NCBI RefSeq assembly: GCF_902652985.1
Contig: NC_047025.1
Span: 40,300,001-40,364,000 of the forward strand
DNA from: Pecten maximus
Lineage: Eukaryota
Length of the DNA stretch: 64,000 nucleotides
Direction: 5' to 3'
Below, one piece after another: positions 1 through 13,193 of the stretch (position 1 is its first letter; every line of letters begins with the position of its first letter). The position numbers and the translations under genes were made by a program. A model generated the notes under the pieces. That model was not told where the DNA came from, did no database searches, and worked only from the letters and a program-made list of their open reading frames with translations.

Positions 1-240
1 AGTGAGCCATGGAAGGTTGTACCGGAGGCCTGAACAATGCTGGTGTGTAGTGAGCCATGGACAGTTGTACCATTTGTATGTGATCAAGGCCTGCACAATG
101 CTGGTGTGCAGTGAACCATGAACTGTTGCACCCTTTGTATGTGATCAAGACCTGAACAATGCTGGTGTGTAGAAAGTCCGGGACAGTTGTACCATTGGTA
201 TGAGGTCAAAGTCTGAACAATGCTGGCGTGTAAATGAAAC
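1..240. repeat. Degenerate ~60-bp tandem repeat, ~4 copies, running off the window start
   Basis: Recurring ctgaacaatgctggtgtgtagtgagccatggacagttgtacc. Confidence 0.8.
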
Positions 241-837
241 CGAGACAATTGAACCTCAAGTATGTGTCCCACTATCCAACCACCACTTATCTGTTTGTTC
301 CAATACTGGCAGATATGTTTTGGATTATCGAATTAACAGTTTTAGGCTTTCTTATAATTAGTCCCACACCTAGAACCAGGGGAACTGGTAGGTTTTCCTT
401 GTGACTGTCCTTCCACACATTGTATTCTCTGGGGTCTATATATCTCCTACACAACTTGACACTGACACTTCATACTACATGGTTTACCTAAGTGAGGCAT
501 TGTATGATGTCTCAAAATTGGGTCACTTTGACCTATAAAGAAAACACTTGTCTGGGCTAAATCTCCTACATATACTACTAGACATGTTTTGGTTCATCAA
601 GGTAAAATGATGTGTTATGTGTCACAATATATAGTAGATCAGAGTGACCTACATCAAAGAAAACTTTTAGCTCCATCACATCTACTCTGACCTATATTTT
701 GACCTTTTTCCAACATCATTAAAGGTTTGTTGGGGCTCATGGAACAAGCTTGTTTATTACAAAATTATCATCTACGCATTCTAATGGAGGGCTTAATTTG
801 CAGGATTTTTCTCTCTTAACTGTGTTGCATATTTCAG

Positions 838-993
838 TGTAACCCTGGTGAATACTAGCCGCACTATACCGCTCAGCCAGAGATCACTTCTTTAGCTTGA
901 TCGATTGAGCGTAAGACTAGTTTACCAGAGATCCGGGTTCAATCCCTAGCGGAGGCAGTGATTTAAATTTAATTAATCCTGTGCTCTGTTACA
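838..993 (+). mobile_element. 156-bp TGT...ACA element with 4-bp TSD and an internal tRNA-like segment (Ginger-like MITE or solo LTR)
   Basis: tcag|TGTAAC ... GTTACA|tcag; internal A-box-like TAGCTTGATCG and B-box GGTTCAATCCC. Confidence 0.6.
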
Positions 994-1589
994 TCAGTAT
1001 GATATCAATGTTCTGTTTAAATATAGTTTCCTAGGGTTACTCACAAAGTAAATCAGATTTTTTGTATATGACCAAGTTTAGCAAAACCTATAATGCATCC
1101 TGTCTATTTGTTTACTGTATTACTACATCCATCTCTAAATCCCAAATGAAGATCAAAGTCACAACTGCAGAATCAGAACTTCACTTGAGCAAATTCCTAA
1201 TGAAGTTTTGTGTTGTGTCTGTCCTTACCTTGTCCTACCTCTACCTCCTACATACTTGGGGCATACTGGGTAAGTTCAGCTAGGTGAGAGGAGGAACCAA
1301 ATTAAAGTTACTTTGACCCAAACTAAACTTTGACCTACATGAAAGAAAGTTTTCATGGCTTCATTTCCAACATCACTTGTCACTGAAACTTTGGCAAGTG
1401 ACTGTGATCACCTACCATTTCTTTTTACAAACATCAAAACAGTTTGTAAGTTCTTGTCATATATAATTTACTGCTCTTTGTGGGGACTGTCGTGTTCACA
1501 ATAGTTTTGTTGTGAATTCCATTATGTATTAATAACAAATTTTAACATTAATCTTATATAATGCTTTACTATTATTGAGGTAGATACAG

Positions 1590-2228
1590 TTCTCAGCTAT
1601 TCAAATCGCCCTGCGTCTGTGGGCTGTCCGTCCCTCCGTAAACAATTCTTGTTAGCGCTATTTCTCATAAATTACTCTAATTTCATATGTAAGTTTCCCT
1701 TGGTCCCTAGTTTTACATATTGCATTTTGGGATTGATCGGAAAACATGGTCGATAAGCAGCCATCATTGATTTTGACAATTGAAGTTTGTTATCGCTATT
1801 TCTCAGAAGGTGCATTAGGGATCTTTCTCAAATTTCATATGCAAGTTTTCTTTGGTCCCTAGTTGTGCATATAGCATTTAGGGACTGATTAGGAAACAAC
1901 ATGGCCAACAGGTAGCCACCCTGGATATTGACAATTGAAGTTTGTTATAGCTATATCTTGGAAAGAAATGAAGGGATTTTTCTCAAATTTCATATACAAG
2001 TTCCCCTAGGTCCCTAGTTATGCATGATGCATTTTGGGATCGATCGGAAAACATGGCCCACAGACGGCCATCTTGGATTTTGATAATTACAGGTTGCTAC
2101 TGCTATATCGTGTTATGTTTAAAGTTTAAATTAAATGTTTTGAAAGAAGAGAAAAGATCAGTCTTTCATTTGACTGATATGGATCATTCAATGGTGGTCT
2201 CCAAGATCCCTCTAGGATCTCATTTGTA
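1590..2228 (+). mobile_element. HINE/DINE-1-like non-autonomous Helentron-type element with ~150-bp internal repeats
   Basis: cgtctgt/ccgtcc microsatellite, three copies of aatttcatat..ccctagtt..cattttggga, 3' hairpin agatccctctaggatct. Confidence 0.6.
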
Positions 2229-2394
2229 ATTGATTACGTGCTAATCTAGCACCTCAAAAAACGTAAGCTTACCATACACGTGTATAGTAAGAAAGACAAA
2301 ATCTAAACATGCTTTCTGGATGAAACATATCGATTTGGATACTTATTTGAATTACAACAGACACATACACTTTCAGCTGGATATGTTTATTTAT

Positions 2395-2535
2395 ACTACA
2401 ACTGTCAGGCATTGTACAATATTGGTTCTGTCTCTCACCTGTCTACAACTGTCAGGCATTGTACAATATAGGTTCTGTCTCTCACCTGTCTACAACTGTC
2501 AGGCATTGTACAATATTGGTTCTGTCTCTCACCTT
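2395..2535. repeat. 47-bp tandem repeat, 3 copies
   Basis: ctacaactgtcaggcattgtacaatattggttctgtctctcacctgt. Confidence 0.9.
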
Positions 2536-4307
2536 GACAACTTCAGTGGAATTATTGTCATTAATGTCGGGACATTAAAATAATTGTTTTTGTATTTAAT
2601 GAAACCTAGAAGCTTAATAACTGTTCCACTCCTGTAGTAGTGGTCATTTGTTTTAACTCTTACGTGATGTTGACCTGTAAATGTTTCATTTACTAACAGC
2701 AATATTGAGCACAATTCTAAAACTTGGTTGACAAACTTTATTCAGCATTACAGACTCAATTTGCTGTACACTTGACTACAGAGACACAGATTTCAAATCC
2801 CACATTCTACATATGTACACTATACTTTGATACGTACAATATACATATTTAGACTGCGGGGTTGGAAATCCATGCAAGGTAGCTGTGCATTAGACAATTT
2901 AAAAATATTTGAAAACTGACAGAGACATCTTACCTTTGTAACAATCGGACAACCAACAGAGGTATTCAACAATACACACCTACGATCAATCTATGGTAAA
3001 TACTACGTAAAACTATTTACATCATATTCTATATGTTGAGTCCCCTTTATGGAAACATATTGGGCCAGTCTTCCTCTAGAAACACTTTAATTCCCAAACT
3101 TTAATATAACACAAATTTGTATTAAATTTTCCGAAATAGTTAAAATTCAAACTTTGATTCCCATATGGCATGATAAAACTGCTGTATTTTTTCTCCATAA
3201 TAGATCACAGGATAAGGGTAGATCTACAACATTGGTAGGCAACACTTGGGGGGGAATCTACTGTCAAGTATTTCTGGCTACTCTAATACAAGCAATATCT
3301 TAAAAGCTATGTACTTAAATAGGCTTTATTTACAATACAGGGTCTACTGTAATGTTACATGAGTTCAGTGTTAATTACAGTTGGCAGTAATATCCACACT
3401 TATACAACAGTAGTGGATCAGGCAGATTCAAAATCAGATAAAACTGAGAATATAAGAAAACGAAGTTTAAATGCTTCTCTAATGTAAAAAGATAACAAAT
3501 ATTGAGAGTATAAACAATACACTACTTCAATAACATACAAACATGACGCTATCTTTCAAAAACCCACCACATTTCATTTTCTAGAAAAAAATTAAAAAAC
3601 ACCTGTAGTCAAAGAAACTTAAGTATACATATATTTTTCTTGAGGTACCAATCTACATACAAGTAGGTAAGCCTACCAGATCAAGTTAGATTTTCAACCC
3701 ATATAAAACTCTTTATGTTAATAAAATTTGATTGATATTTTAGTTGAACTTATTTATATAACCCAACAAACAACACAATGTTTCCACAATACACATATAA
3801 ATGAACTAGTTATACACACTTTGACTATGAAAGACGTTAGCGTGGCAATATCTCTGGTAATATGTTATATTTTACTTACAAATTTGATGTTCAAAAACAA
3901 AAATGACAGTGAAACCTTGTTAATCAGGTTACTTCGAAGAAAATGCTTGAAATCATGTTTATTTGCATTGGTGAATGAAAAATCAAAATTTACCAACATA
4001 GGAAGCTGTGCTCTCTGGACAACCACACTAATGCATTCCTGCAAGGATCCTAAGCAAGCAAATCTACCAAGTCTCATTTCAGTTTTTCATGCTATCAAAA
4101 TATAGATTAACAAGGTAACACTCATAAACAATGACCGATAAGTAAACGAATAAAACACTCTTGTGTTTCCGCATCAACTCAATCACTCCTCAAAACATCA
4201 TTTTCATATCATTAAAAACATATCTAAATGAAATGCAACAAAGAATAATGCCACTTCTGTTCGGAAGGTAAATATATTTACTCGTGTAAAACCAAATCTG
4301 GCCCCAG

Positions 4308-4990
4308 AATACATCTAAACCTGCTTTCTCTTCATCTCCCACAATACATCTAAACCTACTTCCTCTTCATCTCCCACAATACATCTGAACCTGCTTTCTC
4401 TTCATCACCCACAATACATCTAAACCTGCTTCATCTTCCACAATACAACTAAACTTGCTTTCTCTTCATCTCTTACAATACATCTAAACCTACTTCCTCT
4501 TCATCACCCACAATACATCTAAACCTACTTCCTCTTCATCTCCCACAATACATGTAAACCTGCTTTCTCTTCATCTCCCACAATACATCTAAACCTACTT
4601 CCTCTTCATCTCCCACAATACATCTAAACTTGCTTTCTCTTCATCTCCCACAATACATCTAAACCTGCTTCCTCTTCATCTCCCACAATACATGTACATC
4701 TAAACCTACTTTCTCTTCATCTCCCGTAATACATCTAAACCTGCTTCCTCTTCATCACCCACAATACATCTAAACCTACTTCCTCTTCATCTCCCACAAT
4801 ACATCTAAACCTGCTTCCTCTTCACCCACAATTCATCTAAACCTACTTCCTCATCATCTCCCACAATACATCTAAACCTACTTTCTCTTCATCTCTTACA
4901 ATACATCTAAACCTACTTCCTCTTCATCACCCACAATACATCTAAACCTACTTCCTCTTCATCACCCACAATACATCTAAACCTACTTCT
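4308..4990. repeat. 35-bp minisatellite, ~19 copies, in the probable ZFTRAF1 3'UTR
   Basis: aatacatctaaacctgctttctcttcatctcccac; begins ~270 nt past the stop codon. Confidence 0.92.
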
Positions 4991-5254
4991 TTTTCATCTT
5001 CATCATAAAAAGATATCGTTTAATCACTTAAAATTTTACTAGATTACAAACATTCTCTATGAATTTAAATATGGATGATTATTTCAATGTTAAATAAAAC
5101 AAAATGATTTGCTGCAAGCAAAGGCCTGATGAAAAGAAATTCCTCAGGTAATGGTACACTGGGGTCAGATATAGACTTGCTCGAGTGAAAGTAATAGGAA
5201 TCGCAAAAGAATATTGGAACAAAATGTAGAAACATTAAAATGTGTATAGTGATA

Positions 5255-8200
5255 TTATGAGGAGCTACTGAGCACCATTATGAGTCGCATGTTTATGGTT
5301 TTAGAAGCCAGCAGCTTGTTACACTCCATTGAGTTGTGTATCGGCAGATTATTATACTCTGTCTCTGGGTTTTCATTGGAAAACTCCTGACTGTACACAA
5401 CTGGGTTCATGAGCATCTCCCCGTATGGTCCCTTGAGAGCGATGAAGCTGACAGTGATTGGCTGGCTTGCCTTGCCCTTGAGGACCAGCTGATAAGACAT
5501 GCTCCGTTCAGTGGTCAATGCGGGATTCTTCTGGTCATTATTGATGCGGGCCTTGATCACCCACTGGTGATTAAATGCTGAGAAGCGACTCGTCTCGTAG
5601 AACAACTTTGTTATGAAGTCGTCAGTTCTGTATGGCTTCAGTTGTAGATCTACAAGGTAATAGATTTCATTATCTACAAGGTAATAGATTTCATTATCTA
5701 CAAGGTAATAGATTTCATTATCTACAAGGTAAAAGATTTCATTATCTACAAGGTAATAGATTTCATTATCTACAAGGTAATAGATTTCATTATCTACAAG
5801 GTAATAGATTTCATTATCTACAAGGTAATAGATTTCATTATCTACAAGGTAATAGATTTCATTATCTACAAGGTAATAGATTTCATTATCTACAAGATAA
5901 TAGATTTCATTATCTACAAGGTAATAGATTTCATTATCTACAAGGTAAAAGATTTCATTATCTACAAGGTAATAGATTTCATTATCAATTCATTGTGTTC
6001 AAAATTTACAGGTAGTAATCATTACATTTCTATTCCATCAAACAAGAAATTCTTCATCTTGTCCGACTCGTTAAGATTTGTTTTCAAATTATTTCATGAT
6101 GTTCTACCATTTTAACATCTATGGCAGTAATACGTTTGGTTTACCTGGTACATAATTTATTCTGTAAGGACTTCCAGGCTTGGTGTGTACCTACCATTGA
6201 AGGTAATCTTTTCACACGAGAGGAGAGAGAAGATCCTGCTGTAGAGCTGTGTCTCGTCCTTAACCTGCTGATCTATGCAGGCCACAGCCGCCATGATGTC
6301 GTCTCCTGACTTGTTGGGATGGTGACAGCCCTTCTCATGCTCTTTCAGCTCGTGATAGGGGCCTTTCCACGGACAACCGATGCGTGAGTATTTACATGTT
6401 GACAGCCTAGAAAATATGCAAATGGCAAATGTACCATCTTGTTGCGATTGCCACAAGAGCTGGACCTGCAAAAAAATTGTTTGTTTTGATTAGTGTACTT
6501 ACCTTTATATATCCGTGAAGCTAAAAAAAGGAATACAGAATGATAATATCCAAACAGCTGCATGACCTTGGCACGTTGTCACACACAGGTTTGTGTTAAT
6601 CCTCTTCTTAGTTGCATGTTTAGTGTTAACACACAGTTATTCTCATTGTAAATGGTGTTATTTAAAACCACCACATATTTTCCAGTATATGTATATATCC
6701 TGTTCAATGGAACACAGGGTGTGATAATTATACTGGTACAAACCAGTCTCCAGTAATCCAGTGTAGATAGTGCTAATTGTATGTACACCACTGCTTATCA
6801 CTACACGTATCCAGATTAATAAGCACCACATGTGGTGCCAGGATCAGATCCCCACTAGGACACACCAACACAAGGTTATCTCCACTAGGGGGGTAACACG
6901 TACAAGGTCAACTATAGGTCAGTTACCGTAACACACCTAATGATGATGTGTATACCACAACTCCAGTTCCAAATTCATGTAGTAACACATCATCAAATAT
7001 CGTAACGAGTTAGTGCAATGCTTTTCACAATCGTTTTAGTGTATCCATTTGATCTCTCAGTAAAAAGAGCACACCACTATAAGCTATCATATAAAATCCA
7101 CTTAATTTTCGACTGAAAACCTTTAAAATTCAACATTGGAAAAAACACAACAACACAGACAATGAAACACATCTTTATTTGTATTTTTTTCAAATCTCCA
7201 AGTTCATGAAACTCGCAGAACAAACATGAAATTATAACACCTGGACCAGAAAAATTATCTCCAAGTTAAACCAAAGGATGGTGTGCAGTCAAAATGTCAA
7301 TATTTGATAAGGCCAAAACTTTCGACTGGTCTGAATAAACCTGTACAATATTCATCAATTTGTTTTGTGAGCTTAAACTCACCATTTATTATACCATTTA
7401 TGCAGTTTTATACAGTTATCAGAAGTTCCAGTCCTTTTTAGATTGAAACACAAATGGCCAAACCAAATGGTTGAATTTGATAATCATCCATAATCCCTCT
7501 TAATAACTTTGAACTCTAAATATAGGAAATTTAGGAGGATCGAACAGAAAACTGACAAAAATATTGCATGCTACTTTTACTGCACCTTGAAAGATATGAA
7601 CATACTTGCCGCCTTCTGAAACATGTTTGTTGATTCAAGTCACTGTGGTCAACTTCTGAAATAGGCACTGACCCGCTGGTTGTAAAAGTGACCGTGATGA
7701 CACAACTCCATCGGTCCTGATCAGGAACAAAAGACAAAAGTGTGTTTCTAATTATTAAACATGTTAATCAACAACAAAGAAGAAAGCATCTGGACAGCTG
7801 GGCTGCCCCATCCCCTCCATACAGATGCTTTCTCCTTTGTGTCGGTCAATAGGTGAGTTAGAGAATAACGGTGTGTGTAGGTGTGTGTGGTAGAGATCTA
7901 ACTAAGCCTTAATTACGGAGGGCTTACCCAGACCACCCAATGCCTACCTCTCCTGACACAGCTCCCGCTCATGATGGTTGAGTAGATTACGTGGAAGCAG
8001 GCAGGCGCAGAACTGACAGGTACTGGGCAGCTCTGATACGGCTTTCTCTACAGCCAGGTTGCGGGTACAGGATGACTTGCTGATCTCACAGCGACAGTTG
8101 GGACATGTAGAGGTCTCGTCCTTCAGGCGTCCATCAGCAAGGAGATGGTTGAAACAACCAGCACACATCAGGTGGCCATTGGTACACTACAACACAAGTA

Positions 8201-10165
8201 ATACTGGTTATGATCAATTTGAAACGAGATAGTACAACTTGGCCTCACTACTTATGTAGCCTGGAAATTTCAACAACAAATACATTGTATTTCCAGTCTT
8301 TGGGATCTACATCTCAAAATGTTACAAAAAGGCTAGAATTAAAGGTTTGAGCCAAAATGATGTGTAACACAGCATGGCAGTAATCAATATATATTGATGG
8401 TTAACCAGCAAAATCAATACACCCCTAAGGAACTCCGTCATCTTATCAGCTTCTAGTAACCAACAGGAGGAAGATCGAGAATGATAATCTGTCTATGGTA
8501 GCTAACAGGCAAGACCTGCTGTCACAGTCACAGATATGGCAATGTTCGTTGAGTAACCAATTGAGGTAACAGTACTGGATAGGCAGAGAGGTATATGAAA
8601 GAGTGCCCATGGCCAAGTACACACTCCGAGAGACTGAGCTTTGGAGTAGACAGAAAATTTAGAAAAAGGTCAATATCAAGATGGCCAAGAAATGAAAATT
8701 AAATAACCACAATACAATCACAGTTTGGACATGTTTGGAATTCAATAAAATAATGTACAAGGTCTTCAAACAGACATATATGTTGTGTATTTTGACACAA
8801 GGGACATAGACAGGGGGAGGGGTCATCTCTGGTTTTTACATATTCTTGGTTCCAAATTTGGTTGAACACATTACTGATTCCCTATAGCTATCTCCTATAA
8901 TATATAGGGAGGGGGGGGGGGGGGGGGGGGGAATATAGGCGAGGGCTGGCAAAAGTGTATAGATAACTGAAAGGATTATGTTGAAAAATAATACAATATG
9001 TCCGACAAAATTCAAATCCTTCAATATGAGACTCACAACTTATCAATACAATATTGGTCATGAGTTCTCAACACCAGTTGATGTACTCGAAATGTAGTCA
9101 TATATAGAATCTATATTATTTGATATATTCATTGACCATGCATTGATGGAGTAAATGTTTTATTATTATTTCTAAACCAAATTACAACAAAAATAGATTA
9201 TATAATAAAAAAAAAATTAAAAAAAATTTGATTTGAAAAAAATGGATTCGTTTTGGAAAGCATACCACAGGTGCCTGACTCGTTTTATAAAATAATAACA
9301 TATAAGAGTACATATAGTGCGAGTCAGCACCTGTGATACAGCTATATTGTAAGCTTACTAACAGTTAACACAAGCTTATAATTATATTGCCAAAAATAGC
9401 TAAGATGCAATAGGCAAGTTCATACAAGCATCATGTACATCTACTTTCTACATGTATCAAGTGTGTGAATCAGCTCTGGCAAGCTGCCAAGTATGTTAAC
9501 GGGTCCACGACCAGTTTGTTATTGAATAGGTCAGCTGATCGTGTTCACGTGACGCTGACATACAGATCTGTCAGCATATGTTATGATCTGTCAGTTTATG
9601 TAGGTCACGAATGCATAACAAAGGTCATACACCAATTTAGTGCTATAAAATAACACGATTGCATTGCAAAAGTAACATAATTAAAATGTCAGACTACGAT
9701 TTATGGACCATACAACAAAGTCACATAAATTATAATTGTCTACCTATTGATGATGAAATCGCCAAATACGGCAAGATGCTTTTTCCAGTTTCTGTACAAC
9801 TGTACACGGATAATTAGTTAATAAGACTTGTGAATTAAATAATTAACTTTTACTAATTAACGCCACAATGAAGCAATTCATACCCCATTTGATATTTGAT
9901 TATGAGGAGAGAAATCAAGAAAAAAGGACTTTTAAATGACAGCTTGCTGTCAGTTCGCTACCTGGAAACATATTCGTGGCAGGTCCAGACAAACTGCGCA
10001 GCAAAGAATTCCGCTCAGGCGATCTTCTAATCTTTGATCTTTTTCTGTTGATGGAATATCTAATTTTGCTTTCTTTTTCTCAGGCTCGAATTCCAGGTCC
10101 ATATTTTCCTTATTTTCCACATTTTCTTGCAAGACAAGGTTCGATGGGCCAGGAATGTCAGCCAT
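5255..10165 (-). CDS. ZFTRAF1: Zinc finger TRAF-type-containing protein 1 (cysteine/histidine-rich protein 1), 349 aa, 4 coding exons
   Basis: Exons 10165-9962, 8186-7948, 6406-6195, 5649-5255; all GT-AG, phases consistent, total 1050 nt. RING ([24 protein letters not shown]), TRAF-type Zn finger ([24 protein letters not shown]) and [23 protein letters not shown] match CYHR1/ZFTRAF1. Confidence 0.95.
5648..5986 (-). repeat. 24-bp tandem repeat, 14 copies, reiterating the ZFTRAF1 last-exon splice acceptor
   Basis: Minus-strand unit aatgaaatctattaccttgtAG|AT. Confidence 0.95.
9266..9335. mobile_element. Internally deleted copy of the CACAGG-terminal hairpin MITE
   Basis: cacaggtgcctgactcgttttataaaataataacatat...cgagtcagcacctgtg; same family as 20442-20539. 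Confidence 0.75.
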
Positions 10166-10214
10166 CTCGTTTGTTTACGTTCTGCATTTGTTGACGTTTT
10201 CGGGGCTCACTCCA

Positions 10215-10325
10215 CTTCGCCTTGACGTCACAAACATCCAATCAGAACACGGCTGCTAAAAATAATCAACCAATCAATTCGTGTCTAACTCGTGCAAAGG
10301 GAAGTAACCACACACGCCACGTCAA
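10215..10325 (-). promoter_or_regulatory. ZFTRAF1 proximal promoter motifs (CRE, two CCAAT boxes, CCACGTCA)
   Basis: TGACGTCA at 10223-10230, CCAATCA at ~10238 and ~10270, GCCACGTCA at ~10316, all within 160 nt of the ATG. Confidence 0.55.
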
Positions 10326-11304
10326 CTGTCCAGAACAGTACATTACAATACACGTTGTAATATTCATGTTTTGTTCTTTGGTAAAGGTTAAGGCATAAAA
10401 AATAAAGTAGAACTTAGATGATTGATGATTTTATTCAAAGCAGTTACTGAAGTCCGCTAACCACAGTTTTATATACATTTATTGGGAGAGGACCATGCAT
10501 GACCAGCTGACGAAAGCATGGTTAGCTTAACGGCATTAAAAAATAAAACAATAATAGATACTAGTTCTAGACTGGATTTCTATTAACACGAAGTAGTTTT
10601 AATAGGTTCGATATATAACTTTAAATTTGCAGTGCGTGACAATATTTATATGTATATATAACAGCTATATTTTGAAAAGACACCTTTACTGTCAGTAAAA
10701 TCACAAGCGATGTGATATAGAATAGATCGACTTACATTGTGGATAAAGATATAAAGTCCGACGCAAGTCATATAAGACAACACAGTTCAGGTACAATGCA
10801 TTTATTTTCTCCGACACATCTATCAGCAATCCAACCCAATCGGCAAAAACCATAATTCATTGTAAAATTTGATTTCATAATTTTACTATTACACGTTTAT
10901 AATCATGCAAAACGAGCCCCGAATACCATACGTATTTAAATATAGTTTCAGAATAACAAGTTTATCTATCAGTACTATCAAATGACACCTATCAACCTCG
11001 ATAGCCTGGCTGAAAAAATTACACTGATCGCTATGTTAGTCTGATCTGTCACCCCGTCTTCCTATTATGGAAAACTTGTTTTTATTTCAGCTACACAAAT
11101 AAAAGAAACAATTTACAACAAATAACACGAATCATCAGGAAGATATGTCGTCAGTAGTGTATTAAGTTTTCTTTTATTGTTCTTCATTTCTTCATCATTC
11201 AGTAATCATTGTAATCTAGTTTTTCCAAGGCGAATTACAATATTTCTTTCTGGGTATTTGACGATGAATTCGGGGCGATTTCATTAGCACCGTGAGGAAG
11301 GCAC

Positions 11305-11640
11305 TTTGGTCACAATATTGGGCACCATTAGCAGCGCTACGGTCACAATACTGGGCACGTAATAGCGGAACGATTGTCACAATACTGGACACCATTAGCA
11401 GAACTACGGTCACAATACTGGGCACGTATTAGCAGCGTTACGGTCACAATACTGGGCACTATTAGCAGAACTACGGTCACCATACTGAGCACGAATTAGC
11501 AGAACGATTGTCACAATACTGGATACGTATTAGCAGCACTATGGTCACTATTATGGGCACGTATTAACAGAATGATGTTCACTTTACTGGACACGCATTA
11601 GCAGAACGATGTTCACAATACGGACACAAATTAGCAACTA
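11305..11640. repeat. ~34-36-bp degenerate minisatellite, ~9 copies
   Basis: ggtcacaatactgggcacgtattagcagcgctac. Confidence 0.85.
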
Positions 11641-11704
11641 CAATTAACAGTATTATAGATATTGTAACATAATTCTAATACATTTTTCACCTGAACAATA
11701 TTCT

Positions 11705-13065
11705 AGGGTTGTCCCCTAGGACATACACGTCCAATGGTGGTCCCCAACAGACATAACGTCCCAATGGTGGTCCCCATAGATAGTATGCCACATTGGTTGT
11801 CACCATAGATAGACTGTCCTAATAATGGTCCCCATAAATGGAACGTCCCAGTGGATATACACATAGGAATAACGCCCCTAAAGTGTCCCCATAGATCGGT
11901 CAAATGGTTGTCCTCATAGACAGAACATCCCAATTGTGGACCCCATGAACAGAAAGCTCTAGTGGTGGGCCTCATTGATAAAGCGTTCTAATTGTTGTCA
12001 ACGGAGAAAAAGAACTGTCCAATGGTTATATATATATAGATATCGGCGTTCTTTCTTTTCGAACGCCGATGTGGCGCAGCGGTATAATCTGCGGGTATTT
12101 CTGGCTAGGCGATTGGGTGCCGTAGATCGTGAGTTCGAGGCCCGGTCAGGGCACGAGTCAAAAAGTTGTCTTCCTTCGTCATTTGTGATTCTAAGCTATA
12201 TATATACGACAGAATGGCCCAATGGTGATCCCCATAGATAGAACATTCCAATGGTGACCCCCATAGATAAAACATTCCAATGATGATCCCCATAGATAAA
12301 ACATTCCAATGGTGACCCCCATAGATAAAACATTCCAATGGTGATCCCAATAGATAAAACATTCCAATGGTGATCCCCATAGATAGAACATTCCAATGGT
12401 GATCCCCATAGACAGAACATTCCAATGGTGATCCCCATAGATAGAACATTCCAATGGTGATCCCCATAGATAGAACATTCCAATGGTGATCCCCATAGAT
12501 AGAACATTCCAATGGTGATCCCCATAGACAGAACATTCCAATGGTGATCCCCATAGATAGAACATTCCAATGGTGATCCCCATAGATAGAACATTCCAAT
12601 GGTGATCCCCATAGACAGAGCATTCCAATGGTGATCCCCATAGATAGAACATTCCAATGGTGATCCCCATAGATAGAACATTCCAATGGTGATCCCCATA
12701 GATAGAACATTCCAATGGTGACCCCCATATATAAAACATTCCAATGGTGATCCCTATAGATAGAACATTCCAATGGTGATCCCCATAGATAGAACATTCC
12801 AATGGTGACCCCCATAGATAAAACATTCCAATGGTGATCCCCATAGATAGAACATTCCAATGGTGATCCCCATAGACAGAACATTCCAATGGTGATCCCC
12901 ATAGACAGAACATTCCAATGGTGATCCCCATAGATAGAACATTCCAATGGTGATTCCCATAGATAGAACATTCCAATGGTGATTCCCACAGACAAAACAT
13001 CCATATCATGATTTCCACAGACAAAACATCCGTATGATGATTCCAACAGACAGAACACCTATGGA
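11705..13065. repeat. 29-bp minisatellite; degenerate 11705-12025, homogeneous 12218-12990; interrupted by a tRNA-derived insert
   Basis: ccaatggtgatccccatagatagaacatt; source of the 317-aa pseudo-ORFs. Confidence 0.92.
12040..12197 (+). mobile_element. tRNA-derived (SINE-like) insertion with a 5' hairpin, flanked by (TA)n
   Basis: A box TGGCGCAGCGG, B box GTTCGAGGCC; stem atcggcgttc/gaacgccgat at 12042-12070. Confidence 0.6.
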
Positions 13066-13193
13066 TGTGATCTGCCAAGATCTTGAAAAGCTTAAGAGAA
13101 ACCTCAAACCTTGAGGGCTCTGTAACTTGCCCTAAATGTGACATCCCGAATTCTTTGTTTCAAAGACAAACAAAATGTAAGCCTAGATCCTGT

